Source of the DNA: an uncultured virus (IMG/VR IMGVR_UViG_3300034066_001606) | Taxonomy: Duplodnaviria > Heunggongvirae > Uroviricota > Caudoviricetes | Reading direction: 5' to 3' (one strand) | Length of the DNA: 64,000 bases | IMG/VR virus record: IMGVR_UViG_3300034066_001606 | Shown: positions 1-9,104 of the stretch, one piece after another | Position numbering within the stretch: position 1 is the first letter of the stretch | How the letters are laid out: each line of letters begins with the position of its first letter | The notes under the pieces: model-generated | Databases searched by the model: none | Told to the model about the DNA's origin: nothing | The model's input: the letters and a program-made list of their open reading frames with translations, nothing else | Position numbers and translations under genes: made by a program

Positions 1-126
1 CATAGGCAATGTTTACCAATGGATAGTAGGCATGGTATGGATGACATTAGGGTTTCTGAATGTATTAAGTTTATGAATTTAGAAATTAACAAGAAAGATG
101 CACCTGATGGATATGGGGGTTGCTAG
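1..126 (+). CDS. 3' end of hypothetical protein (truncated by window start)
   Basis: Frame 1 is open from base 1 to TAG at 124-126 (...KKDAPDGYGGC*) and is followed by a terminator. Confidence 0.5.
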   Translation, partial: HRQCLPMDSRHGMDDIRVSECIKFMNLEINKKDAPDGYGGC

Positions 127-177
127 AGAAAAACAATTTTGATTGTTATACTAATTAGTTATCGGTTTTTAATTACG

Positions 178-218
178 CAAAGTGGTGTTTCTAGCAATAG
201 ATGCACCACTTTTGTTTT
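178..218 (+). terminator. Intrinsic terminator
   Basis: AAAGTGGTG-TTTCTA-GCAA-TAGATG-CACCACTTT hairpin with GNRA loop, then TGTTTT. Confidence 0.75.
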
Positions 219-247
219 ATGGATAGTTTATAAATAAAAGAAATATA

Positions 248-544
248 ATGAAAAAACAATTAAAAGAATTAGAAATTAAAGATGCAATTTATTGCAAAGA
301 TTATGTTAGATATCCAACATCGGGTGCAAAGTATAGACACTATAAAGGTGGTTTATATAAAGTGATTGGTATTACTAAGCAGCATGATGATGAAACAATT
401 TTGTTGGTTATATACAAGTCATTGACTTTTGGTACATTGCATAACAGACCATTAGCTGAATTCTTTGAAGAAATAATAGTTGAAGAAAAGTTTAGTAGTA
501 ATGGTAACATGGTTAAAGTTTACAGATTTTCATTTGTGAAATAA
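248..544 (+). CDS. DUF1653-like protein
   Basis: YRHYKGGLYKVIG...VIYKSL...RPLAEFFE motif. Confidence 0.7.
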   Translation: MKKQLKELEIKDAIYCKDYVRYPTSGAKYRHYKGGLYKVIGITKQHDDETILLVIYKSLTFGTLHNRPLAEFFEEIIVEEKFSSNGNMVKVYRFSFVK

Positions 545-623
545 CTTTGATTATATAGCATAGATGTATATATAATCATTGGTGTAAGTAAGTACACATA
601 TACTAAATAGAAAACAAAGCAAA

Positions 624-1844
624 ATGGCAGAAGCAAAGAAGAAAGTAAAGAAGCGTAGAAATGCAGTTAAGACACCTGATGAAATAAAGAGTGTGGCAAG
701 TGAAATACTAGCTGAAGCAGGACTGAACAACGGAAAGGCTGATACTAAGCTGACTATAACTAATCAGGAAGCGTATGACGAAGCAATTCGTATAAAAGAA
801 GGACCGCTTTTTAATGAAAGAAAAATGGTGACAACAAGCCTTGGAAAGACATTTAGTTTAGGTGTGATGTCGCACCACTTTGCACAATACATAATGGATC
901 TACCAGAGGAAGAACAAAACAAGCTTAAGATACTGAAAACCACTTACATGAAGTTGCTAACAAAAGCAAACAACTTGATGAAGAAGGCTTACGATTCACC
1001 TTATGTGAATGGAAAGGGTGAAATTAGTAGTGAGCACTTCAAAAACAAGCTAGATGTAAAGCGGTTGGAAATCATTGAGTTGTTTGGTAGAATGTTTAGT
1101 GTTCGTGAGGTGCATGAAATATGCCTGAAGGAATGGGGTTTAAAATGTAGTGCAAGTTTGATAGGAGAATACAGAGAAACCAACAAAGAAGAAATAGCGT
1201 TGCGAATAGAAGAACATAAGCGTACATTCAGCGACATACGTTTAGGGCATAAGCGTAGTAGACTTGAAGAGTTGAGTTACCTATATCAGAAGCGCAAACG
1301 TATTTATGAAATGACGCAAAAGGGTGAAGACCATAGGTTGCTACTAGAAACACTAAAGCAAATTAAAAGTGAAGCTGAGGGTGACCTAATTCGTATAGAT
1401 GCCAACATAGACATGAACATACAGAACCAAATTAATGTACATTTACAGACAGAAGTGTTTCAGCATATAAGCATTAAGGAAATTGTATTGGCTAGGGTTG
1501 CAACTAGATTAGGGGCTTCAGTTCCAGAGTTCCTTTCAATAATGAACAAGGGGTATTATAACAACATGATACACAAACATGCTGACGAAATTGATTATGA
1601 GGAAATTAATACGTTTCCAAGTACAGAGGTGTACGATTTTGATAAAATAAACAGAATGCACCAAAAGAAAGAAGCTGAGGAACAAAACAAACCCAAAGAA
1701 GTTTTACAAATTAGTGCAAGTGATGCCGAAGCTAGTGACAGCATAAAGGAACTACTTATGAAGCGTATATTGGCACAGAAGCAAAGCATAAACACCAAGA
1801 AGAACACCTTACAAGGGTATTTTATAGATAAAGAAAATCAATAA
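624..1844 (+). CDS. Conserved helical phage protein, possible terminase small subunit (DUF2280-like segment)
   Basis: 406 aa; HTH-like segment followed by DIRLGHKRSRLEEL; GATGTATA late-type box upstream. Function is inference. Confidence 0.35.
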   Translation: MAEAKKKVKKRRNAVKTPDEIKSVASEILAEAGLNNGKADTKLTITNQEAYDEAIRIKEGPLFNERKMVTTSLGKTFSLGVMSHHFAQYIMDLPEEEQNKLKILKTTYMKLLTKANNLMKKAYDSPYVNGKGEISSEHFKNKLDVKRLEIIELFGRMFSVREVHEICLKEWGLKCSASLIGEYRETNKEEIALRIEEHKRTFSDIRLGHKRSRLEELSYLYQKRKRIYEMTQKGEDHRLLLETLKQIKSEAEGDLIRIDANIDMNIQNQINVHLQTEVFQHISIKEIVLARVATRLGASVPEFLSIMNKGYYNNMIHKHADEIDYEEINTFPSTEVYDFDKINRMHQKKEAEEQNKPKEVLQISASDAEASDSIKELLMKRILAQKQSINTKKNTLQGYFIDKENQ

Positions 1845-1848
1845 CACA

Positions 1849-2103
1849 ATGGCGACCAAAGTACTACTAAAGATACAAAAGCAACTATTTGATATATGGG
1901 AGTTGCGAAGCATAGAAAAGCACGACGAGTACGACGATACGCTTGAGGACATGCAGTACTTCATAGTTTTAAATAAAACTAGCATTGGTACTAACTATAC
2001 CCAAGTGAAGTTTAAATATCCTACAGCCGAATCTAGAGACGCTGAACTAGCAAGAATAGAGTTGCAGTTGGAAGATTACGAGGGTTGCATTATACTTAGA
2101 TAG
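1849..2103 (+). CDS. Hypothetical protein
   Basis: 84 aa ORF tightly coupled to the previous gene. Confidence 0.7.
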   Translation: MATKVLLKIQKQLFDIWELRSIEKHDEYDDTLEDMQYFIVLNKTSIGTNYTQVKFKYPTAESRDAELARIELQLEDYEGCIILR

Positions 2104-2118
2104 TTAAACTAATAAATA

Positions 2119-2153
2119 AAAACTGGGTGACTTTCTCAAGTCGCCGTTTCTTA
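2119..2153 (+). terminator. Intrinsic terminator
   Basis: GGTGACTT-tctc-AAGTCGCC stem followed by GTTTCTT. Confidence 0.55.
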
Positions 2154-2180
2154 TGGATAGTAATAGTCATTAACAAAACA

Positions 2181-2241
2181 TTAACAAGTTAATTCTAGGA
2201 TAATAGCCTATCGTAATAGTATATTTGTATTGTAATTAAAA
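2181..2241 (+). promoter_or_regulatory. Early promoter copy 1 (Bacteroidota sigma70-type)
   Basis: TTAACAAGTTAATTCTAGGATAAT...TATATTTGTATTGTAATTAAAA; TAnnTTTG at 2220. Confidence 0.8.
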
Positions 2242-2250
2242 CGTAACACA

Positions 2251-2595
2251 ATGCAAACAAACAACAAATACAGAATAGCACTAAAAGCTGCAAGTGGTTC
2301 AGAAATTAAATTAATGCAAAGTAGCTTCCCTAGGGAGGTGGGTGACCTCATGGTAATTGAAAACAAGCCATACAATGTAATAGCTACATTTGCCGATGTT
2401 GCTGAACAAAACACATTTGTGAGGGCAATTAACCAAATAACAGCACAACATAACAGCATGGTAAGAAAAGAGCGCAAGATTGCTGAAGCAAGGTTGTGGG
2501 TTGATATAATGAAAACGAACCCAAGCCTATTAAAGCTACTTAAAGATTGTGCCGAAATTATAGCCTTAGAAAAACAATTAACCAACAAAAATTAA
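2251..2595 (+). CDS. Hypothetical early protein
   Basis: 114 aa ORF directly after promoter copy 1. Confidence 0.75.
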   Translation: MQTNNKYRIALKAASGSEIKLMQSSFPREVGDLMVIENKPYNVIATFADVAEQNTFVRAINQITAQHNSMVRKERKIAEARLWVDIMKTNPSLLKLLKDCAEIIALEKQLTNKN

Positions 2596-2600
2596 TAGCC

Positions 2601-2666
2601 ATGAAAGTAGTTAAGCCAATAACAGAAAGCTTTTCCCAATTGGTGAACTTTCTTACAACATTATAA
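2601..2666 (+). CDS. Possible 21-aa small ORF
   Basis: MKVVKPITESFSQLVNFLTTL with an A-rich leader; fills the gap. Confidence 0.3.
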   Translation: MKVVKPITESFSQLVNFLTTL

Positions 2667-2727
2667 ACAATTTTTATGTGTGGGTAAAAGACGGAGTACC
2701 TACATTCACCAAATAAAAACTAAAGCA

Positions 2728-3129
2728 ATGCATAACACAACAATAAAACAATTTGAAACAATAGCTAGACAAGAACTAGCAAAACACAACAAAGGTAAGC
2801 ATGAAGATGACACACTTACATACCAAGAATGGCTGAGCGAAAATGCTACCGATTATGCCAATAGATACAGCATAACAATTGGACACGAAAGTGGTGCAAT
2901 AATGTACACAGAAACCAATACCAATTTCAAGGGAAATGACATTTGCAGTTGTTGCGACGAACACTACGATGCTGAAAAGAATGCGGTTGGTAATAGAAGT
3001 GATGAACTTTGTGACGAGTGCTACTTTGCTGATGAACTGGAACTAGGCGATTTAAACGATTTTGGTTTCTTTGGTGATGAAACTGATGCACTAGGTAACA
3101 ACTTTAGCGACGCCGATAGTGGGTTGTAA
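2728..3129 (+). CDS. Early protein with CxxC pairs and acidic C-terminus
   Basis: CSCC...CDEC, ends FSDADSGL; ATG 2728 preferred for its A-rich leader. Confidence 0.7.
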   Translation: MHNTTIKQFETIARQELAKHNKGKHEDDTLTYQEWLSENATDYANRYSITIGHESGAIMYTETNTNFKGNDICSCCDEHYDAEKNAVGNRSDELCDECYFADELELGDLNDFGFFGDETDALGNNFSDADSGL

Positions 3130-3187
3130 TGCCTACAGCAACAAAGTATAAGCAAACAATTATAAACAAGCTAAAAACCGACTCAAA

Positions 3188-3478
3188 ATGACAAATAGAT
3201 ATGTTTTAATGGTACTACTGAACTACGATGGCACTAAGTACCAGAAGTTTAGACCTACTCCAATGGTTGAGGAACATAAAACCATGAAAGAAGTAAAGCA
3301 AACCATGGAAACATTAACCGATGGTTGGAAGCATACTGAAGAAATATATGGGTACACCATTATTGATAAGGTAAAACGTACGAGGGATGTGAGTATATTT
3401 AATGCCGATGCCAATAGTACATACGACCATGTGAACAAGTTGGTGCTGAAACAGCACTTATCCACATTAACAAACTAA
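3188..3478 (+). CDS. Hypothetical early protein
   Basis: 96 aa ORF. Confidence 0.7.
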   Translation: MTNRYVLMVLLNYDGTKYQKFRPTPMVEEHKTMKEVKQTMETLTDGWKHTEEIYGYTIIDKVKRTRDVSIFNADANSTYDHVNKLVLKQHLSTLTN

Positions 3479-3482
3479 TAAA

Positions 3483-3537
3483 AAGTTAAGCCTTGGACAA
3501 TCAAACAATTGGTTATACATTTGTATTGTAATTAAAA
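3483..3537 (+). promoter_or_regulatory. Early promoter copy 2
   Basis: AAGTTAAGCCTTGGACAATCA...TACATTTGTATTGTAATTAAAA; TAnnTTTG at 3516. Confidence 0.8.
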
Positions 3538-3546
3538 CAAAACAAA

Positions 3547-3939
3547 ATGAAAAGCAATAATAGCACAACGACACAAGAAATGTTTGAAACAACAATTGCA
3601 AACCTTAAAAACAGCATAGCTGAAATTAAGCGTAAAATGCCAACAATTGAAGCCTACAAGGGTACTGAAAAGTATGTTTGTTATTACCCAGAAACTTACA
3701 TTACAATAGGTGTAGATAACGAGGGTAAGGTAGCAATGCAAAACCAAATATTTCCACAGCAATTTAATGGACACACAGCTTCAAGGATTTGTAATGGTGT
3801 AAAAAATGGACATGGTCAACAACCTGAATGTATTGAAATTGTAAAATTTTACAAAGGTTACATTGGATGGATGCTTATTCAAATTGAAAGCCTACAAACC
3901 ACATTGAATGAAATTTTAAGTTTACCAATAAACAAATAA
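3547..3939 (+). CDS. Hypothetical early protein
   Basis: 130 aa ORF after promoter copy 2. Confidence 0.75.
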   Translation: MKSNNSTTTQEMFETTIANLKNSIAEIKRKMPTIEAYKGTEKYVCYYPETYITIGVDNEGKVAMQNQIFPQQFNGHTASRICNGVKNGHGQQPECIEIVKFYKGYIGWMLIQIESLQTTLNEILSLPINK

Positions 3940-3944
3940 GAGAC

Positions 3945-4295
3945 ATGACAACAATAACATTTGATGCCAAGAAGCACACATACAACAAAGAAACCAAAGT
4001 GTTTAGAGTAAGCGAGCGTGATGTGAAGTTTGACACTACCTATAGCATATTGAACCCAAGAACAAACAAAGAAATGAAGTTTGAGTTTACCCACAGCACA
4101 GGACCCGAATTTGAACCTGAAACAAGGTGGGTGTACAAAGGTGCTGAAGGTATAACTTTAGAGGTGTGCAACGATGCTAGAATGGCACAACAAGCTGAGC
4201 AAATGTACTTGGATGCAAAGCTACAAAGAGGTGGTGTGAATATTGCACCAATGCCAAATTTAAAGGGCAATCCAGCCTATGATTTAATGATGTAA
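3945..4295 (+). CDS. Hypothetical early protein
   Basis: 116 aa ORF in tight operon. Confidence 0.75.
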   Translation: MTTITFDAKKHTYNKETKVFRVSERDVKFDTTYSILNPRTNKEMKFEFTHSTGPEFEPETRWVYKGAEGITLEVCNDARMAQQAEQMYLDAKLQRGGVNIAPMPNLKGNPAYDLMM

Positions 4296-4312
4296 TTAAA
4301 AACTAAAGTATA

Positions 4313-4534
4313 ATGAAAAAAACTGAAAACAAAATAAACGAAATTATTGAACAATGTTTACAAGGTAGTGAAAAATTCGTAGCCAATGCTAATAGGTGTC
4401 TATCAGATAAAGATAAGCCTGAAATGGTTAGAAATATTCTATGTAGCTTGAATACTGAAATTGCAGTAATTTATTCAACATTCGCTAAAGAGATGGTTAA
4501 ATTAAAAGAAATTATTAAACAAGAAAAACAATAA
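4313..4534 (+). CDS. Hypothetical early protein
   Basis: 73 aa ORF. Confidence 0.65.
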   Translation: MKKTENKINEIIEQCLQGSEKFVANANRCLSDKDKPEMVRNILCSLNTEIAVIYSTFAKEMVKLKEIIKQEKQ

Positions 4535-4535
4535 C

Positions 4536-4790
4536 ATGATACAACAAAATTTTAAAGTAGGTATGATTTGCAAAGCAGACACCGAAGCAGTAAAGCAACA
4601 AAAAAGTTGGATGAGACACCTTGATGCACCACTAGTTGGAGGCGAGGTGGTTAAGGTACTAGGTATTGAAACCAAAGCTGATGAAACATACTTGCGAGTA
4701 CAGCACAACAAAATGAGGAGTACTAGTACGTTTAATGCTAGATACTTTAAATTGCCAACATTGAAATCTAAGACGTTAACAAACGATTAA
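4536..4790 (+). CDS. Hypothetical early protein (SH3/KOW-like pattern)
   Basis: FKVGMIC...GEVVKVLGI. Confidence 0.65.
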   Translation: MIQQNFKVGMICKADTEAVKQQKSWMRHLDAPLVGGEVVKVLGIETKADETYLRVQHNKMRSTSTFNARYFKLPTLKSKTLTND

Positions 4791-4846
4791 CAAGTTAGTT
4801 CTTGGATAATCAAAAAAGCTTATTACCTTTGTATTGTAATTAAAAA
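4787..4846 (+). promoter_or_regulatory. Early promoter copy 3
   Basis: TTAACAAGTTAGTTCTTGGATAATCA...TACCTTTGTATTGTAATTAAAA; TAnnTTTG at 4824. Confidence 0.8.
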
Positions 4847-4855
4847 CAAACAAAC

Positions 4856-5416
4856 ATGCAAACAACAGCAAACAACAGCAAAAACATGGTTGACCTTCAC
4901 CAACTAAAACAAGGGGATATAATTATTGCACAAGGTAGCAAATATGTGTTTATTGACTACAAACATGGTAGGGATATAATACATGTTACCATGAGTAGCG
5001 TTGGTAACAGCAAAGCGGTGTTCAATTTGAAAATTAGAAAAACCTACAAACATCACCACATAGGGGGTAACACAATGTTTGAAGTGGTTGGTAACAACAT
5101 TGAAAAGGCAATTGAAAGCAAAGAAGTACTAGCTGAGTACCAAGAAAAAAAGCAAGAAAGGCAAGAAGCCAATGCAAAAGCAAACATGGAATTTATTAAG
5201 TATGATGCTGAAAGGGGTTGTTATTGCATAATGTTAGGTGATGGTACTAAAGTTTACGAGGGTGACCGAGTTAAGGTGCAATTTACCAATGGTACACAAG
5301 TTGGATACGTTGGTAAAATAGCTGGAACCAAAGAACTTAAATTTGGGTACAAATTCCAACAGCACAAACAAAACAGAATGCTAAATATTTCAATGATTTT
5401 AAACAAAGTAAATTAA
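4856..5416 (+). CDS. Hypothetical early protein with two SH3-like segments
   Basis: LKQGDIII... and YEGDRVKVQF...GYVGKI. Confidence 0.7.
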   Translation: MQTTANNSKNMVDLHQLKQGDIIIAQGSKYVFIDYKHGRDIIHVTMSSVGNSKAVFNLKIRKTYKHHHIGGNTMFEVVGNNIEKAIESKEVLAEYQEKKQERQEANAKANMEFIKYDAERGCYCIMLGDGTKVYEGDRVKVQFTNGTQVGYVGKIAGTKELKFGYKFQQHKQNRMLNISMILNKVN

Positions 5417-5422
5417 TAAGCC

Positions 5423-6031
5423 ATGCAAAGCAATTACGATAAGTGGTTAACAACAGACCCAAACGAGGCACAAGATGCACATTATGAAGCCGTTGCCGAC
5501 AAGTACAGCCAAGAGTTCTATGACCTAGCTGAAAAGCACAACTTCATTGGTAGCTTAGAGGAAACAAACCTAATTGATACACTAGGGGTAAATTGTAGTG
5601 TTGAACTCACAGCTGAAAAGGTTGAGCAGTTTTGCATATTAAACAAGCGGTTTGAACCAAGAAAACTAAAAGGACATGTGATTGGTGTAGGTGTAGTGAA
5701 TATGGAAAGTGGTAATACATGCCATGACTGGAGCATTTACGAAAACAAGGGGTTACATGCATACCTGATGAGTGGTGGGTACTTACTATTTGGAACACAA
5801 AATTGCCTAAGAGTGGGTGACAGCGTGAAGCTATTTGGCAATGACAGCCAAAGAAGCTTGAGCAAGGAACATGAAGTGGTTGCAATTAGCGAATGCCACA
5901 AACCAATATTGATAAGTATGCTGAAAACAAATGGTTACGATTACACTCCAATAAAAGCTTTTAGAGCAAGGGCAAAGGGTAACAAGAAGCTGAGTACTAG
6001 CTACAGCATTAAAGGATTAGAAAACAACTAA
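5423..6031 (+). CDS. Hypothetical early protein
   Basis: 202 aa ORF. Confidence 0.7.
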   Translation: MQSNYDKWLTTDPNEAQDAHYEAVADKYSQEFYDLAEKHNFIGSLEETNLIDTLGVNCSVELTAEKVEQFCILNKRFEPRKLKGHVIGVGVVNMESGNTCHDWSIYENKGLHAYLMSGGYLLFGTQNCLRVGDSVKLFGNDSQRSLSKEHEVVAISECHKPILISMLKTNGYDYTPIKAFRARAKGNKKLSTSYSIKGLENN

Positions 6032-6035
6032 AGAT

Positions 6036-6482
6036 ATGAAAAACATAACAAAGAATGAAAATGGCACTTATGCAGTACGAGTGCTGACAAAGAAAGGGGT
6101 ACTGGAATACAACTACGATGGTTCTGATGCCAACATGGAAAGTGAAGCGGTTGCAAAGGTTATTATTGACAGCACCAAAGCTGAGGGTATAAAATACCTA
6201 GAAGAAGTGAAGCAAGTTGGTGGTGGTAAGCTTGATTTCAAGCAGTTCCGTAGTATTAGCCATATTGCTAGTGACATTAAAAAGGAGTGGAAGAAACCTC
6301 ATTTTGGTGCTGAACCCTACATACAAGCAATGTTGGAACTAGACACCATAGACAACATGTACCACTACGACACAGCAAAGGACATATTGATACGTTTTTT
6401 GTGTAATGCCATGCATTTCAGAGGTGGCAATGCCAAAGCCTTAAAACAGGAACTTAAAGACATTTTAGAAACAACAAAATAA
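6036..6482 (+). CDS. Conserved phage hypothetical protein
   Basis: C-terminal RSISHIASDIKKEW..FGAEPYIQAM...FLCNA..FRG..AKALKQELK domain, recalled from other phages. Confidence 0.7.
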   Translation: MKNITKNENGTYAVRVLTKKGVLEYNYDGSDANMESEAVAKVIIDSTKAEGIKYLEEVKQVGGGKLDFKQFRSISHIASDIKKEWKKPHFGAEPYIQAMLELDTIDNMYHYDTAKDILIRFLCNAMHFRGGNAKALKQELKDILETTK

Positions 6483-6488
6483 AGTACA

Positions 6489-6869
6489 ATGAAAACTATA
6501 TTACAAGCAATAAAAGAAAAACAAAGACAAGCACTTGAAGAAAGGCTAGAGTTGATGAAGCGTGACAAAGCTACAGCCATTCCAGTTATTATGGAATCAC
6601 TTGAAGCTAGAATTGAACAATACAAGAAGGGTTTGGCAAAGTTTCCAGGCGAAACTAGGGGGTACTACAAAAAGTATTTACTTATGGATGCTACTGAGTA
6701 TTGGACAACCAAAGTGAATGGTGAATATGAAATGTGTTTTAGAATACCTAGTGACAAGCCAAACGAGGAAAAGTATTTGCAAGTACAAAGGGAAACAAGG
6801 TTTAATAAATTGATGGTGAGCATACACTACAGCCTGACTAAAAACTACGATAATCATGAAGTTTGCTAA
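6489..6869 (+). CDS. Hypothetical protein
   Basis: 126 aa ORF. Confidence 0.7.
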   Translation: MKTILQAIKEKQRQALEERLELMKRDKATAIPVIMESLEARIEQYKKGLAKFPGETRGYYKKYLLMDATEYWTTKVNGEYEMCFRIPSDKPNEEKYLQVQRETRFNKLMVSIHYSLTKNYDNHEVC

Positions 6870-7197
6870 AGGTAATAAGCCATGGAACAAAGGTGTGAAG
6901 GGAATACACTTGAACCCTGAAACTGAATTCAAAGAGGGTGTTGCAGTAGGTGAAAATCACCCAAGCTGGAAAGGTGGGGTACAAATACCTAAGAGTGATT
7001 GTAAACATGTTTGGGAAGGTGTTGGTAAAAGAGCAAGGTTGCCACGAAAGATATGGGAACAACACAATGGCGAAATACCTAAAGGGAGTGTTATTATACA
7101 CATAGATGGTGACCGATACAACGATAGCATTGATAACCTAGAGTGTATAACAAGGGCTGAATTACTAAAAAGAAACCGATATGAAAATGAAAATTGA
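6856..7197 (+). CDS. HNH endonuclease
   Basis: FAKGNKPWNKG / GENHPSWKGG basic repeats plus HIDGDRYNDSIDNL...RN. Confidence 0.85.
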   Translation: MKFAKGNKPWNKGVKGIHLNPETEFKEGVAVGENHPSWKGGVQIPKSDCKHVWEGVGKRARLPRKIWEQHNGEIPKGSVIIHIDGDRYNDSIDNLECITRAELLKRNRYENEN

Positions 7198-7513
7198 AAT
7201 TGAATTCTATTTTGATACCAACAATAAACTTTTGTTGACAAAAATGATGCACAATGGTGTGAAGCACATTACAGCCGATAACCGATTTCCAAATAGGTTT
7301 TCAAAGCAAAAAGAAAAAGATTGCCATTTTGTTATAAGTAAGCACACTAGCGAAAACGATTCAATGTATAGTGGTGTTAAGGCATTGGTTGAGCATGGAA
7401 GCTATAGGGTTGAAAAGCATACATTGGAATGCAATGTTCAATTCAATAGTGCAATGCAGTTTCATTATGTTATGCCTGAAAGTTTACCACAAACAATAAT
7501 AGATACAATATGA
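7181..7513 (+). CDS. Hypothetical protein
   Basis: 110 aa, overlapping start/stop. Confidence 0.6.
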   Translation: MKMKIEIEFYFDTNNKLLLTKMMHNGVKHITADNRFPNRFSKQKEKDCHFVISKHTSENDSMYSGVKALVEHGSYRVEKHTLECNVQFNSAMQFHYVMPESLPQTIIDTI

Positions 7514-7809
7514 TAGTTGAATTGAATGAGTTGTACGAATTGCCGATTACCAAAGAATTTGGGAAGCGACTATTTGGTAAAACATACTTTTTGAACCATG
7601 CAGTAGTGAGCAAGAAACTTGAGGGCGAATTTATGGTTAAGTGGTTAATAGAATATGAATACAATGGTAGCATAGTGAAAGAAGAATTTGGTATAAAGCT
7701 TGATGGTACTATGTTTAGAAGAAGCAATTTCTTTAATCAAAATATAATGAAACACATGCCATGTTATAGAGCGTTACAAATATTAGAATACATAAACGAA
7801 CAAATATAA
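7510..7809 (+). CDS. Hypothetical protein
   Basis: 99 aa, ATGA overlap. Confidence 0.65.
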   Translation: MIVELNELYELPITKEFGKRLFGKTYFLNHAVVSKKLEGEFMVKWLIEYEYNGSIVKEEFGIKLDGTMFRRSNFFNQNIMKHMPCYRALQILEYINEQI

Positions 7810-7820
7810 AAACAAACACA

Positions 7821-8093
7821 ATGGGAAAGTATTTAAACAAAGACCTGAAGGGCAATTCACTTCCAGCAGTTGGAAAGTATGGTAAATTGGTAGATAGTGG
7901 AGCAATACCAACTGATGCAACATTTAAACCGAACTTATGTTGTGTTGTAGAAAACGGACCATTTGATGCATGTGGGTGGGTATTTGATGAGCTTGAATTT
8001 GAAGCGTTTACAATGCCACATGACGCCAGACCTAAGCGTTGGCTGATTATTGAAGGAATTGAAAACCTAGTAGACAAAAGCTTTACTAATTGA
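7821..8093 (+). CDS. Hypothetical protein
   Basis: 90 aa; VCVVxNGPFxA-like motif. Confidence 0.7.
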   Translation: MGKYLNKDLKGNSLPAVGKYGKLVDSGAIPTDATFKPNLCCVVENGPFDACGWVFDELEFEAFTMPHDARPKRWLIIEGIENLVDKSFTN

Positions 8094-8326
8094 AAACAAA
8101 ATATTACCCAATGGAAAATAATATAGTGGTTTTACATAGAAGCATTAACTACAACAACAGCCATAATTTTAAAGCGAATACTGAACGTATATGCGAGCGA
8201 TACAAGGTTGGTGTTGATGTTCTGGAGGTTGGTGTTACCAATTGGATAATATACCAAACTAGAGACTTTAAAATCGTCTTAGAGGGCAATATTGATGTGC
8301 TGAGGATCGTTGAGCAAATAATATAG
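8090..8326 (+). CDS. Hypothetical protein
   Basis: 78 aa; start may be ATG 8111. Confidence 0.55.
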   Translation: MKTKYYPMENNIVVLHRSINYNNSHNFKANTERICERYKVGVDVLEVGVTNWIIYQTRDFKIVLEGNIDVLRIVEQII

Positions 8327-8351
8327 AAAGTTAAACATAAAAACAACTAAT

Positions 8352-8699
8352 ATGCAATTGATTGACAGATTTTTAAAAGAAACAAATTCCTTTGTAGTAA
8401 TTGCAATACCTACAGGAAGTGAAAAGCAACTTATAGAAGTGAAGCCTATAGAAAAAGAGTTTACATTGGAAGAGGTTAAAACAGCCTTAAAAATGAAAGA
8501 AAACGAATACGTTGAAATGGTTACATGCAACGAAGATTGGATGTTCTTATGCGACGAAGAGGGTAAACTTAAAGAACAGCCTATAAACTATGTAGCTACT
8601 GAAATATGGAACAAGTTTTGTATTGAAAGAAGTGGACATAAGAGCGGTGACTTCTTAGTTGGCAATGTAATATTCATGAAACGTAATTTACTTTCATAA
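8352..8699 (+). CDS. DUF3846-like protein
   Basis: FTLEEV...YVEMV...CDEEGKL..PIN..AT...DFLVGNV. Confidence 0.7.
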   Translation: MQLIDRFLKETNSFVVIAIPTGSEKQLIEVKPIEKEFTLEEVKTALKMKENEYVEMVTCNEDWMFLCDEEGKLKEQPINYVATEIWNKFCIERSGHKSGDFLVGNVIFMKRNLLS

Positions 8700-8809
8700 T
8701 GAAAACATATCCATTAGAAACAGCGATAGGGTTGATTGTATTAGCAGTTGTAATATATGCCATTAGAATAGTTTTTAAAGTAATAAAAGATTTGACTGAA
8801 AATGGGTAG
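8699..8809 (+). CDS. 36-aa single-TM peptide (not in ORF track)
   Basis: MKTYPLETAIGLIVLAVVIYAIRIVFKVIKDLTENG; TAATG coupling, fills the gap. Confidence 0.55.
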   Translation: MKTYPLETAIGLIVLAVVIYAIRIVFKVIKDLTENG

Positions 8810-9104
8810 ATATTCAGAACCTTTGTTTGGTGCAATGGTGGATAAGAATGGTAAACTTAAAATGAGTTGCACTATTATACATGGAGACGATAATACATTA
8901 GGTAAGTTTGTTGATATTACAGATGAAAGGTATGCTAATTCTGGACTTGACGAACAAGGTGAAGGTTATTTATTTGAATGGAGTGAACTATTTGGCACTA
9001 GTACAAACCTAATAGGGTTGGATATAAAAGACATACGGAATGCAAACCTAGTTGAATCATTAGTTGAAGCATTTTTGAAAAGCAAAAACATAAAAATTGA
9101 TTAA
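8802..9104 (+). CDS. Hypothetical protein
   Basis: 100 aa ORF. Confidence 0.65.
   Translation: MGRYSEPLFGAMVDKNGKLKMSCTIIHGDDNTLGKFVDITDERYANSGLDEQGEGYLFEWSELFGTSTNLIGLDIKDIRNANLVESLVEAFLKSKNIKID

Noticed and set aside
6856..7197. HNH as an intron-encoded homing endonuclease
   Set aside because: It overlaps both flanking ORFs, with no room for intron structure and no split host gene
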